64,000 nucleotides of DNA, from positions 32,001 through 96,000 of IMG/VR virus record IMGVR_UViG_3300049811_000692. One strand, given 5' to 3'. Under the pieces are notes generated by a model, which saw only the letters and a list, made by a program, of their open reading frames with translations, was not told the origin of the DNA and did no database searches. Position numbers and translations under genes: made by a program. The stretch comes from a virus. This document shows positions 29,678-39,078 of the stretch, one piece after another (position 1 is the stretch's first letter; each line of letters opens with the position of its first letter).

Positions 29678-30579
29678 CAGGCGGCCTCCTCTGTCGCGGC
29701 CTTCAAGGGCCGCACGGTGATCGCGTTGCTCTTGGAGGCCGTGACTTCGACGCCGTGGCCGTAGGCGCGCTTGATGCCCTCGGGGAGCAGGCCCTTCAGC
29801 TCGCCGTGCGCCTGATCGTAGGCCTCCTTCATGGGGAGCGCCTCGAGGAAGCGCCCGGCTGCATCGGCCCAGGCGTTGCTCAGCGCCATGTCCTGCTCGC
29901 CCTGGCGCACCGGCACGACCTTGATGGTGCGCTTGGCGAGCGCCACAGGCTCGGTGCGCTCGCCCGACTGGACCGAGGCCCAGAACGCCTCCTCGGCGCG
30001 GATCAGGTCGGCGAGCAGGTCGAGATCCTGGCCGACCTCGAACACCTCGAAGCGCAGCGTCCCGAAGAGGACGCACAGGTAGGCGACCTCGGCCTTGGCG
30101 CAGTGCATCTCGTGCTGGAGCTGCGCGGCGCCGTACTTGTCCACGACCTCCTGGTCCTTGGTCCAGGCGTTGACGTGCTTCGCCTGCAGCACTGCGCGGC
30201 GGCCCTTGCCGTCGTCGTCGAGCCAGCCGTCGAGGGTGGCCGCCATCCAGGGGCGCCGGGTGTCGCGCACCCGCTCGCCGCGGCGGGTGACGGTCCAGCC
30301 GTTCTGCTTGGCGCCCCAGGCGAGGATGAAGGCCTCGGTCCAGAGGCCGAGCTGGACGTAGATCAGGTTCGACAGGTCGTCGGGCTCGCGCTCGCCGCGC
30401 TTCACGGCGCGGAGCTTGCCGACCTCCTTGGGGTCGCCCTTGTAGATCACCGTGGCGTCGGAGCCGCCGATGAAGTTCCGCCGAGCGAGGATGTCTTCGG
30501 GCGTCAGGCCGAAGAGGGGGAGCCGCGCGAGCTTGCCGTCATCCGTGAAGCCGAGAGCGCGACAGGTTGCTGGGTCCAT
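29677..30579 (-). CDS. YqaJ/lambda-exonuclease-family protein
   Basis: R.NFIGGSDA, WMAATLDG, QLQHEM; GAGG SD. Confidence 0.85.
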   Translation of the reverse strand: MDPATCRALGFTDDGKLARLPLFGLTPEDILARRNFIGGSDATVIYKGDPKEVGKLRAVKRGEREPDDLSNLIYVQLGLWTEAFILAWGAKQNGWTVTRRGERVRDTRRPWMAATLDGWLDDDGKGRRAVLQAKHVNAWTKDQEVVDKYGAAQLQHEMHCAKAEVAYLCVLFGTLRFEVFEVGQDLDLLADLIRAEEAFWASVQSGERTEPVALAKRTIKVVPVRQGEQDMALSNAWADAAGRFLEALPMKEAYDQAHGELKGLLPEGIKRAYGHGVEVTASKSNAITVRPLKAATEEAA

Positions 30580-30740
30580 CGTGGACACCTCTGTGAGGGG
30601 GTGGCGATGACCGGTGTTTATCACAGCAGAATGTGAGCGCAACCCCATTTCCGAGGGCGGGCGCGAGTTTCCCGCGCGCGCGTTGTGAAGGGTGTTGTGA
30701 TGGAGATTCCTTCCTCTTCTCTCCTCTCCTCTCCTCTCCG

Positions 30741-30830
30741 TCGGTGATCGATCACCGACATGTCGGTGATCCAACACCGACCGCTCGGTGTTCGCTCGGT
30801 GTTCTGTCGGTGCTCAAACACCGATTTTTT
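30741..30830. repeat. iteron cluster, putative replication origin
   Basis: TCGGTG/CACCGA hexamers at ~11-bp period (30741, 30753, 30763, 30775, 30785, 30796, 30807, 30819), then a T-tract. Confidence 0.6.
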
Positions 30831-30863
30831 CGCATGATTTGGAGAACAAGCCATTGAAACGAC

Positions 30864-30892
30864 AAAAACCCCGCCGGTTTCCCGGCGGGGGC
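30864..30892 (-). terminator. intrinsic terminator downstream of cassette array 1
   Basis: CCCCGCCGG/CCGGCGGGG stem + TTTTT on minus strand. Confidence 0.7.
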
Positions 30893-31155
30893 CTTGTCAA
30901 AGCACCAGCGCTCCAATGGCGCCGCTGAGGGTCATCCCCAAAAAAACGGCGCCGGCAGCGAGGGCCAGGAGGGCCATCCACTGCCGAGCCGCCTCGGGCA
31001 CCGCGCCAAGCAACGCGCGGGCCGCGGAGCGCGGCGCCTGAGGAAATCGGGACGCCCGCCACAAGATCATGGGGAGTTGCCTTTCTGTCTTTCGCCCCGG
31101 CCTGGGGCGCAGCGGGCCGGCGCACCTGCGCCGGCAAGCCGACCGACCCAGCGGG

Positions 31156-31764
31156 TCAGTCGGGGAGCTCGATGTCGCCCCACGCTTCGGGGCCTTCTTC
31201 GTGAACCTCGATGCTGTCGCGATCGATGTCGAAGGAGGCCTCGTCGATCTGGCGGCAGACGTTGTGGAGCATCATCTCGAGCAGCTGCTCGGTGAAGGCC
31301 GGATTTGTGCGGATGGCGTCAAGGACGCGACGCTCGGCCTCCTTCTCGGAGAAGGCGCGCACCAGCACGAAGGCTTCCGGCTGGAAGCCATCGTCGGCCA
31401 TCACGCGCACCGTGTAGGGGATGCGAAGGTCGTCCTCGTCATCTTCAGCGCCGGCACCCTCGAACGGGTCCGTGCCGTCGCCCCCGATCCCGTCCTTGCG
31501 GGCGATCGCGGAGATGTCGTGCAGGTGGACCGAGGGGCCGATGAAGCTCTGCATCGAATGCCCCTCGAGCCGAGGGTCGTGCGAGGCGACGTAGTGCAGG
31601 ACCGCCTCGTCCGCGCGCTGGTAGCGCACGACGAGCGGCTGCGGAGACAGCACGCACGCCAGGGCGGCGAGCGTGCCGGCCGGGCAGGCGTTACGGAGGT
31701 AGGACTGGTATGAGCAGCTTCTCCCCGTCGCCGTGACCCGGTCGTAGTAGGTGACCATCAGCAT
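31156..31764 (-). CDS. cassette gene, acidic hypothetical
   Basis: Preceded by leader copy 1. Confidence 0.7.
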   Translation of the reverse strand: MLMVTYYDRVTATGRSCSYQSYLRNACPAGTLAALACVLSPQPLVVRYQRADEAVLHYVASHDPRLEGHSMQSFIGPSVHLHDISAIARKDGIGGDGTDPFEGAGAEDDEDDLRIPYTVRVMADDGFQPEAFVLVRAFSEKEAERRVLDAIRTNPAFTEQLLEMMLHNVCRQIDEASFDIDRDSIEVHEEGPEAWGDIELPD

Positions 31765-31837
31765 GGCGGATGGGTCTCTTCGGCCCCGGGCAGGGGGCCG
31801 CGACTGGCCGCCCCAGGGTGGGGCGGCGGAACCCGGC

Positions 31838-32176
31838 TCACGCCGGGCTGGAGGGCTTCTTCAGCGCCTCCCGCAGCTTCTCGCCGCGCAGGATGGTGGT
31901 GGAGCCCGGCAGGATCCCCTCGAAGGGCACGGGATGGGGCGGGAACTCGCCCGGGCGGTCCTTGTAGGCCGACCGAATCAGGTCGCCGAGCTCGTTCATG
32001 GAGTAGAGCCCCATGGGCCCGTGCAGCTGGCTGAGCATCCAGTGCGGGGGGTTCTTGTTGCCGCGGCCGTAGGCCTTGCGGAGCCGCTTCATCGCCTGGG
32101 CGCGGGAGATGCCGCGCGCCCAGACATTCGGCCCGACGGCGAAGTAGCCGTACACCGTCTTCTTGGGTTCGGTCAT
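31838..32176 (-). CDS. cassette gene, hypothetical
   Basis: Start MTEPKK follows leader SD. Confidence 0.75.
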   Translation of the reverse strand: MTEPKKTVYGYFAVGPNVWARGISRAQAMKRLRKAYGRGNKNPPHWMLSQLHGPMGLYSMNELGDLIRSAYKDRPGEFPPHPVPFEGILPGSTTILRGEKLREALKKPSSPA

Positions 32177-32269
32177 GGTGGTGTCCTTCGTCCCGATCAG
32201 GGGACGCGACTGGCTGCCCCAGGACGGGGCGGCGGGGCCCGGGCGCTGAAGCGCCACGGGCAGGGAGGA

Positions 32270-32803
32270 TCACCGCAGGGGAGGCGTCAGATCGACGGCG
32301 GGCGGCTCGAGGCCGGGCGGCGCGAGGTGCGGCACGCAGGTCTGGTACCGGTAGTCCTGCACCGCGTTGTACTCGTCGGAGCCGACCTCGGGCATGCAGA
32401 TGCCCTCGTCGAAGTCGGCCGCCAGCTCCAGCACCGCGCGTCCGTGTCGAAGGAGGCGGGGGTACTGGTTGTCGCTCAGGTAATCGTCGGGATCGACATA
32501 GACGCGCCCGCGCATGGTGTAGCGGCCGTCGTCCTCGAAGTGGGCTTCCTTCCCCCAGACGAGCGCCGAGGTCATGAACCCGGCGGCGTCGTTGTCGAGG
32601 ATGTGGAAGCCGCCGTTGCTCTGGCTCTCGGCGCTGAGCTCGTCGATCGCGTCGTAAAGGGCGCGCTCCTGGCCGTGGCCGGGGTTGCGGGAAATGTACT
32701 CGTCCATCTGCTCCCGCAGCCAGCGCCGCCCCGCGTTGTTGGCCGTGATGATGAGCTGGTCGCCCTTCTCCTCGAAGAGGATCTGCGGGCAGTTCTTCGT
32801 CAT
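32270..32803 (-). CDS. cassette gene, hypothetical
   Basis: Leader SD. Confidence 0.75.
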   Translation of the reverse strand: MTKNCPQILFEEKGDQLIITANNAGRRWLREQMDEYISRNPGHGQERALYDAIDELSAESQSNGGFHILDNDAAGFMTSALVWGKEAHFEDDGRYTMRGRVYVDPDDYLSDNQYPRLLRHGRAVLELAADFDEGICMPEVGSDEYNAVQDYRYQTCVPHLAPPGLEPPAVDLTPPLR

Positions 32804-32893
32804 CGGGGTGGTCCTTCGTCCCGATCAGGGGACGCGACTGGCCGCCTCACGCTGAGGCGGCGGGGGCCAGGGCGCGCGGGGCGCCGCTGGCAA

Positions 32894-33313
32894 TCACACG
32901 CCGGGATCCTCGCGGCGTTGCCGCAAGTACAGGCGGGCGTCCGGGCCCAACCTCCTCAGGATCTCTTCGCCAACCTCGGCGACTTCCTTGTGGACGTTGA
33001 TGAGGCGCTCGAACTGAGCCCGCGCCGCGGCTTCGGACCGCTCAATCGTCTCGTTCAGCCAATCTAGTGCAGTGGGCGTGGGGGCGTCTTCGTCGGCAGC
33101 CGCGGCTCCTCGGGTGTTCACGAGCAGCATGACCGCGCGGCAGGCAGCCAGCCACTCCAAGGTCACGCCAAGCAGCCGGCTGGCCACGTATTCGCGACCT
33201 TCCGCCTTGAGCGCGGCGATCGTGTAGATCAGGCTTGATGACGCCATGGTAGGCGATATGTCGAGTAGAGCTTCGGCCCGAAGCGCCATGTCGTAATCAA
33301 TCTCGGCAGGCAC
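32894..33313 (-). CDS. cassette gene, hypothetical (lower GC)
   Basis: GTG start after leader SD. Confidence 0.7.
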   Translation of the reverse strand: MPAEIDYDMALRAEALLDISPTMASSSLIYTIAALKAEGREYVASRLLGVTLEWLAACRAVMLLVNTRGAAAADEDAPTPTALDWLNETIERSEAAARAQFERLINVHKEVAEVGEEILRRLGPDARLYLRQRREDPGV

Positions 33314-33404
33314 GGTGGTCTCCTTCGCCCCGATCAGGGGGCGCGACTGGCCGCCTCACGCTGAGGCGGCGGGGCCAGAGCGTAGCGGCGCTCTGGCGAG
33401 GTGA

Positions 33405-33662
33405 TTAGGCCGTGGCGGGCTCGATGAAGCCCTCGTCGTTCTCGGGGTCGGGCGGGAGGTAGGCGTCGTAGGGGTTCTGGTCGGAGACCAGGTGCCCGAA
33501 CGGCACGAACTCGCACTCGTCGCCTGAGCGGTTGATCGCCACGATCACGTAGCGGGGATTGCGGGTCTTGGCGTCCAGGCACTCGAGCAGCGCCAGGTGG
33601 CCGGAGGCCGCCGCGCGCAACATCGTGTTGAAGTTGGCGCGGAGGGGCTCGGGGATGGCCAT
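33405..33662 (-). CDS. cassette gene, DUF6117-like
   Basis: MAIPE..RANF.T.LRAA..G.LALLEC.DA.T...RYVI...PFG.L...NPYDAY.PP. Confidence 0.7.
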   Translation of the reverse strand: MAIPEPLRANFNTMLRAAASGHLALLECLDAKTRNPRYVIVAINRSGDECEFVPFGHLVSDQNPYDAYLPPDPENDEGFIEPATA

Positions 33663-33754
33663 AGGGCTTGGTCCTTCGCCCCGATCAGGGGGCGCGACTG
33701 GCCGCCTCACGCTGAGGCGGCGGGGAGCAGGGCGCAACGGCGCCCCGCTCGGTG

Positions 33755-34141
33755 TCAGGCGGGCGCAGCGGTCATCCAGGCGATCGGCGAGACTTCCTCC
33801 TCGGGGAGAGAGGCCTGCTCGTCGCGCGCGATGACGTGCTCGCGGATGTGGGCCGGGAGGTCGAGCCATCGGACGCGCTCGCGGGCGTAGCGCTGCCGAT
33901 ACTGGGAGAACTCCCAGAGCTGCATCTCGCCCATCAGGCTGACGCCCTGCGGGTGCTCGGGCCCATCCGACATGCCCAGGAAGGCCACCCAGCCTTCGCG
34001 GCCGGCGGCCCACTCCTTGCCGGTGAAGAACACCGTGTAGCGCTCACCCTCGTTGCGACTGTCGAAGCAGTCGCAGATGAAGGCGGGCGCGTTTTCGAGC
34101 CACCGCGCGCGGGCCCGCTTCGGGAGGCGGTGTTTTCTCAT
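33755..34141 (-). CDS. cassette gene, hypothetical
   Basis: ERYTVFF...MS..P.HPQGV...W.DLP motif. Confidence 0.75.
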   Translation of the reverse strand: MRKHRLPKRARARWLENAPAFICDCFDSRNEGERYTVFFTGKEWAAGREGWVAFLGMSDGPEHPQGVSLMGEMQLWEFSQYRQRYARERVRWLDLPAHIREHVIARDEQASLPEEEVSPIAWMTAAPA

Positions 34142-34233
34142 CGGGGTAGTCCTTCGCCCCGATCAGGGGGCGCGACTGGCCGCCCCGGGACAGGGCGGCG
34201 GGGCCAGGGCGCACGGGGCGCCGCTGGCGGGCA

Positions 34234-34464
34234 CTACAGCCGCCGCCGCGAGAGCAGCGGCGGGTAGGTGGTGGGGAACCCGGGCGGGCGAGGCTCGCGC
34301 CAGGCGTCCGGGTCAGGCCAGGCGACGTAGATGTTCGTCGGCCAGGTGGCGCGCCAACCGGCGGCCTCGGCTTCCGCCGCCTCCTTCGTCGGAAGCGGCT
34401 CGGCCGACGCAAAGCGGTCGGTGGTCTGGTTCCAGACGCACCAGGCCTCTCGGATGTCCGTCAC
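34234..34464 (-). CDS. small hypothetical, translationally coupled (no leader)
   Basis: GTGA overlap with upstream stop; AWCVWN motif shared with 52701-53339. Confidence 0.6.
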   Translation of the reverse strand: MTDIREAWCVWNQTTDRFASAEPLPTKEAAEAEAAGWRATWPTNIYVAWPDPDAWREPRPPGFPTTYPPLLSRRRL

Positions 34465-34880
34465 TGCGGCTCGATCTTCGCCGCGACGTGGATGTGGAAC
34501 ATCCCGGGCGTGCTCATCTCGGTGATCGTCTCGCCCGTCCGCGCCATGCGGCCGAGGAAGATGACCAGCTTGCGGACGGTCTCGACGTCGATCTTCACGT
34601 CCACGATGTCCTCGCCGTACTCGCCGCCCTCCTCGGGGCCGGTGATGACGCCGATGCCGGAGAGCGGCTGCTGGTTGAGGGCCTGCAGCGAGAAGAAGTT
34701 GGCGGGGCCGTAAAGCAGCCCCTCGTCATCCACCCACAGGTAGTCGCCGGTCGGGAAGCGCCCGGCGCAGGTCATGGGGCGGTTGTCCCAGAAGGCGCAG
34801 ATCTCGCGGTGCGTGACCTGGCCGGGAAGTTCCACGACCTCCACCGTCTCGGTGTTGGGGTCGATCTTGATGATCTTCAT
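34461..34880 (-). CDS. cassette gene, DUF3846-like
   Basis: MKIIKIDP...LWVDDEGLL...PLSG.GVITG. Confidence 0.7.
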   Translation of the reverse strand: MKIIKIDPNTETVEVVELPGQVTHREICAFWDNRPMTCAGRFPTGDYLWVDDEGLLYGPANFFSLQALNQQPLSGIGVITGPEEGGEYGEDIVDVKIDVETVRKLVIFLGRMARTGETITEMSTPGMFHIHVAAKIEPQ

Positions 34881-34973
34881 GGTGGTGTCCTTCGTCCCGA
34901 TCAGGGGACGCGACTGGCCGCCCCAAGACGGGGCGGCGGGTGCCCGGGCGCCGAAGCGCCGCGGGCGGGAGGG

Positions 34974-35537
34974 TCAGGCGGCCTCCTCCTCGTCATCCGG
35001 CTCCGCGAGCTCCGCGGGGAGCTCGTTGAGCGGGTAGGTGCCGTGGAGGTGGAGCGGCTCGTTCATGTCCCGGTAGCGGTTGCCCTCGTCGGGCTTCGTC
35101 CGGGGCCAGCGGCTCACGTACACCTCGAGCACCTCGTCATCGAGGTTCACGAGGTAGCCGTACTCGGCGTCGTAGCCGGCCATGCCGGCGTCGAGATTGG
35201 AGGCTATCGCCCCGCGCACCAGGCGCTTGACGATGGTCCCCTGGTCGCGCCGGAAGAACGAGTAGGCGTCGCTGCCAGTGCTGACGCTGCGGTCGTGCGC
35301 GTCGGCGCCCCAGCGGCTCACCATCTCCGGGGTGATCGGGTCATTCCACGAGATCTGCTCGACCTTGGTCGCGAGCTCCCGGAGCCGGTCGATCCAGCCG
35401 TCGCCGTGCAGCTCGCGGAACTCGGTGAGCTCCTTGAGGATGGTGGCGCCGACGCCGGCGAAGTAGCCGTCGAACTGGTTGTAGGCGATCTTGTCCGTGC
35501 CGCCGATGCGGACGCCGGTGAGGGATCGGGTACCCAT
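34974..35537 (-). CDS. cassette gene, hypothetical
   Basis: MGTR.L.G...YNQFDGY..G.G...EYGY.VNLD...LEVY motif. Confidence 0.75.
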   Translation of the reverse strand: MGTRSLTGVRIGGTDKIAYNQFDGYFAGVGATILKELTEFRELHGDGWIDRLRELATKVEQISWNDPITPEMVSRWGADAHDRSVSTGSDAYSFFRRDQGTIVKRLVRGAIASNLDAGMAGYDAEYGYLVNLDDEVLEVYVSRWPRTKPDEGNRYRDMNEPLHLHGTYPLNELPAELAEPDDEEEAA

Positions 35538-35636
35538 GGTAGGGGTGGTCCTTCGTCCCCAGGCAGGGGAACGCGACTGGCCGCCTCACGTTGAGGCGGC
35601 GGGTGCGGAGGGCGCCGAAGCGCCCCCCGCGGTGCG

Positions 35637-36833
35637 TCAGATCGTCACCTTGTTCATCAAGGCGCCGGCCTTCCGCTCGAGCGCGACGCGCTCGTCCTGG
35701 TGCGGGATGTCACGGGCCATGGCGGTGATGCCCTGGACCATGTCCCAGATCGAACGGGCCGGGCGGCCCTCGGTCTGCATGACGCTCTCCAGGATCGCCT
35801 TGGCGCCCGACTTCGAGAAGTCGCGCTGCCCGAGCCACTCGAGCGCCTCGTCGTCGGTCTTGGCGACGGTGAGACGCTTCGCCTCGATGGCCTTGCGGGC
35901 CACCGCACTCGCGGAGATGTTGGAGAAGTCCTTGAGGGTCGGCATCACCTCCCCCCGGAAGCGATCCGGGAGGCCAGAGGTGTGACGGAGCGCGATCTCG
36001 TTGCGCCCTTCGACTCCCCACAAATTGCGATTCAGGCAAATCGCCCGAAGGTACATCGTCACCACCCTGAGGGAGGCAGCGCCGACCTCTGAGTTGGAGA
36101 CCATGAAGCCCGGGAAGATCAGATCGGGGTCGCCGTTGTCGAGCTTGCCGATCTCGATCGGGTACTGGTCCCGACACAGGAAGAGGAACACGTCGCGATC
36201 GCTCGCGTAGAGCGTGGTGCTCTGCTTCGAGAGATAGTCGGGGTTCGGATCGTAGGTCCCCGTGGTCCAGTCGATGACACCCGGCACCTTCCAGGTGCCG
36301 TCCTCGGTGATGGCCTTGACCGCCTCGACCACGTCCGCGTCCCACACCCGCCCGTAGGTGGGCGAGGTGATGGCGCGCAGCTCGGTGCGGCCCTCCGGCG
36401 TCGTGGTCTTCAGGAGCTTGATGCTCTCCTCGGATGAACGGCTGAGGAGATCCTGAACGACGGCGGGGGCGAGCCGGGTGCGTCGCAGATAGCGGGCCGG
36501 GAAGTCGATGTGCTGACACAGCTGGCTGAACGACCAGTGCGTCGGGTAGCCCTCGCCATCGGGGGCGAGGATCCGCATGGTGTCGGCCGAGAGGTTCTCG
36601 TCGGCCAGCACCCTCAGCGACCGCGTCCCGTAGGTGTTGACGATCGAGTTCTCCATGCGCGCCTTCACGGCGTCCAGGAGGTCGTCCAGCGACAGAAAGC
36701 GCTGGTCGTCAGGGCGGGTGTACCACTGGGAACTCAGGGACCCGTCGAGGGCCCCGCGCCGCACGTCCACGCGCCGCGCCCCCGAGGGGGCGGAGGGCAG
36801 GGTGGCCGCGGGCGGGATGATGGTATCCGGCAT
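35637..36833 (-). CDS. cassette gene, DUF932-family protein
   Basis: SSQW..RPDDQRFLSL, LRAITSP.YGR.WD, YASDRDVF.FL, NSEVG, C.NRNLWG. Confidence 0.8.
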   Translation of the reverse strand: MPDTIIPPAATLPSAPSGARRVDVRRGALDGSLSSQWYTRPDDQRFLSLDDLLDAVKARMENSIVNTYGTRSLRVLADENLSADTMRILAPDGEGYPTHWSFSQLCQHIDFPARYLRRTRLAPAVVQDLLSRSSEESIKLLKTTTPEGRTELRAITSPTYGRVWDADVVEAVKAITEDGTWKVPGVIDWTTGTYDPNPDYLSKQSTTLYASDRDVFLFLCRDQYPIEIGKLDNGDPDLIFPGFMVSNSEVGAASLRVVTMYLRAICLNRNLWGVEGRNEIALRHTSGLPDRFRGEVMPTLKDFSNISASAVARKAIEAKRLTVAKTDDEALEWLGQRDFSKSGAKAILESVMQTEGRPARSIWDMVQGITAMARDIPHQDERVALERKAGALMNKVTI

Positions 36834-36936
36834 AGTGCCGTGGTCCTTCTTCGGCCCCAGGCAGGGGGCCGCGACTGGCCAGAGCAATACGCTCCGGCGG
36901 AAGTGCCCGCGGCACAGAGGCGCCGCGGGCGGGCGA

Positions 36937-37449
36937 TCAGCCGGGCGGCAGATCGATGGGGTGGCCAGCTCCCTTCAGCAGGTCGGCGATGCGCTGGGCG
37001 ACCAGCGCCGGATTGTCCAAGTCGCCGAGGTAGGTGCCGGGGTTGAACAGTCGGGCCGTGTCGTAGCGGCCGAGCTCAAAAAACCGCCCGCACGCCTCGA
37101 AGTCCTGTTCCGGATCCACGCCGAACGGGCGTTCCGCGGAGCGTGTTTCCGGCTCGGCATACAGGACCGAGATGTCGGCGGCCCGGTTGAAGCCGAGCTT
37201 GACCAGCTCGCGCGCAGACCGGATCGGGGTCCAGTTGAAGTTCTCCCAGAGCGCCATGCAGAACCCCTGGCTCTGGAACCAGGGGTCGAGGGAGGCGTGT
37301 CCTGCCGCGCAGGCGGCGGTGCCGCATTCGTTGGCCTTGCCCCACGACCCCATGTTGAGGTCCAGGAAGAAGGGAGGGGCGGGAGCCTTCTCGGCCTCCG
37401 CGAGCGTCAGCATGATCGCCCGGAGGCGCTGGAGTGCTTCCACGTTCAT
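36937..37449 (-). CDS. cassette gene, paralog 1 of CGT.ACA.G family
   Basis: ECGTAACAAGHA.LDPWF. Confidence 0.75.
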   Translation of the reverse strand: MNVEALQRLRAIMLTLAEAEKAPAPPFFLDLNMGSWGKANECGTAACAAGHASLDPWFQSQGFCMALWENFNWTPIRSARELVKLGFNRAADISVLYAEPETRSAERPFGVDPEQDFEACGRFFELGRYDTARLFNPGTYLGDLDNPALVAQRIADLLKGAGHPIDLPPG

Positions 37450-37542
37450 GGTGGGTGTCCTTCGTCCCCAGGCAGGGGGACGCGACTGGCCGCCTCGATG
37501 GGAGGCGACGGGGCCCGGGCGCCGAGGCGCCGCGGGCGAGGG

Positions 37543-38076
37543 TCAGGTGAGGCCCGCCTCCCGGCGAGCCTCGGCCTCCAGCTTGAGCCGGGCGAGCAGC
37601 TTCTCGACGCGGTTCAGGACGGCCTGCGGCGAGCCGAGTTCCGAGCGCTCGTATTCGTCGGGATCGAAGAGGTAGCGCGCGCGGGGCTCGGGGATACCGA
37701 AGAAGCTTGCCGCCGCGTGGTAGTTGAGGGGCCACTCGTAGGGATTGATCTCGGCGAGCTCCTCTTCGGGCGGGCCGCTCGGCGTTTTGTGGATCGGCAT
37801 GACGGTGCGCCCCATGCAGGTGACTTTCGCGAGCTCTTCCACAGTGAAAGCCGCCGTGCCGCGCGCGGTGACCAGAAAGAGCCCGCGCTCCTGGAACCAG
37901 GGGTCCAGGCAGGCGAGGCCGACCGCGCAGGCGGTGGTACCGCATTCAGAGCGGCCATGAGCCCAGAGATCCATCCGGAGGTGGATGATGGGTGGCGAGA
38001 GCGCGTCCTGCGCCTCAATCTGCTGCGCAAGCAGGTCGCAGAGCCGTTCGAGCGCCTCGATGTTGGGTGTAGTCAT
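37543..38076 (-). CDS. cassette gene, paralog 2 of CGT.ACA.G family
   Basis: ECGTTACAVGLACLDPWFQERG. Confidence 0.8.
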   Translation of the reverse strand: MTTPNIEALERLCDLLAQQIEAQDALSPPIIHLRMDLWAHGRSECGTTACAVGLACLDPWFQERGLFLVTARGTAAFTVEELAKVTCMGRTVMPIHKTPSGPPEEELAEINPYEWPLNYHAAASFFGIPEPRARYLFDPDEYERSELGSPQAVLNRVEKLLARLKLEAEARREAGLT

Positions 38077-38168
38077 CGTGGTGTCCTTCGTCCCCAGGCA
38101 GGGGGACGCGACTGGCCGCCTCGATGTGAGGCGGCGGGGCCCGGGCGCCGAGGCGCCGCGGGCGAGGG

Positions 38169-38705
38169 TCAGGTGAGGCCCGCCTCGCGGCGAGCCTCGG
38201 CCGTCAGCTTGAGCTGGGCGAGCAGCTCCTCGACGCGGTTCAGGACGGCCTGCGGCGAATTGCGCTCGCCGCGGCCGTACTCTTCCGGATCAAAGAGGCC
38301 GCGCGCCTGCCAGGGCTTGATCCCAAAGAACGACGCGCCCGCGTTGTACTCGTGGGGCCAGTCGAATGGGTCGCGGCCCGTATCCGGGTTGTTCGGGTCT
38401 CGATGGATCGGGAAGAGCCGCTTGCCAGGGTGGCGCTTGAGGTCGTCGAGCGTTCGGGCGATGTCGCCGTCGCTGCTCACCAGCACAAGCCCGCGCTCCT
38501 GGAACCAGGGGTCGAGGCAGGCGAGGCCCAAGGCGCAGGCCGTTGAGCCGCAATCGGCGCGGTAAGGTTCGGAGCGCCCCCAGTTGCACATGTCGAGGCG
38601 GATCTCAACAAAGCGCTGCAGCACAGGAGCGGCTTTCTCGACCGCGATTTGCTCCGCGAGCAGACGGCAGAGCCGCTCGAGCGCCTCGATGTTGGGTGTG
38701 GTCAT
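38169..38705 (-). CDS. cassette gene, paralog 3 of CGT.ACA.G family
   Basis: DCGSTACALGLACLDPWFQERG; same N- and C-termini as paralog 2. Confidence 0.8.
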   Translation of the reverse strand: MTTPNIEALERLCRLLAEQIAVEKAAPVLQRFVEIRLDMCNWGRSEPYRADCGSTACALGLACLDPWFQERGLVLVSSDGDIARTLDDLKRHPGKRLFPIHRDPNNPDTGRDPFDWPHEYNAGASFFGIKPWQARGLFDPEEYGRGERNSPQAVLNRVEELLAQLKLTAEARREAGLT

Positions 38706-38816
38706 CGTGGGTGGTCCTTCGTCTCCAGGCAGGGGGACGCGACTGGCCGCCTCGATTCGAGGCGGCGGGAACAACCGGCTGGGGTGGCACAAAGGGCTGC
38801 ACACCAGATGTGGTGG

Positions 38817-38845
38817 ATCATATCATAATGTGGCTCGCCGCACAA
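38817..38845 (-). promoter_or_regulatory. putative promoter of array 1 with operator-like sites
   Basis: TTGTGC-N17-TATGAT; CATA-N6-TGTG at 38819-38832 and CACA-N5-TGTG at 38800-38812. Confidence 0.55.
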
Positions 38846-39078
38846 CCGGCAGCATGAGTCAAGTCACAGAAAAAAGTGAAAATCCTCTTGCGTGAGGGGC
38901 GGCTCGCGGTATCGTGGGGGCTTCCCGGTGCCGGAAAAAGTTGACCCGCCGGCGGGGCAGCCGGCGGGTCATGCGAGGCGCCTGGGAAGGAGCGCACTGC
39001 GCGCGCGGCAATGGGGTAACCGCCCCAGAGATGTAGCGCGCATGGCCTTCGGAATCAACATCTAAATGGGAAGAACAG

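Larger units (their letters stand above)
31776..38766 (-). repeat. cassette array 1: 12 copies of the structured gene-leader element
   Basis: Copies at ~31776, 32184, 32812, 33321, 33672, 34150, 34888, 35549, 36844, 37458, 38084, 38715; each ends in AAGGA-type SD 7-11 nt before a start codon. Confidence 0.95.

Noticed and set aside
32184-34966. Leader as hammerhead ribozyme (CUGAUC...GAA)
   Set aside because: CUGAUN is only one loop variant (others CUGCCU, CUGCUC, CUGUUC), there is no stem II between it and GAA, and no GAAA/UH core.
37543-38705. Paralog pair as DGR template/variable repeat
   Set aside because: Differences are not adenine-specific, both are full ORFs, and no reverse transcriptase is present.
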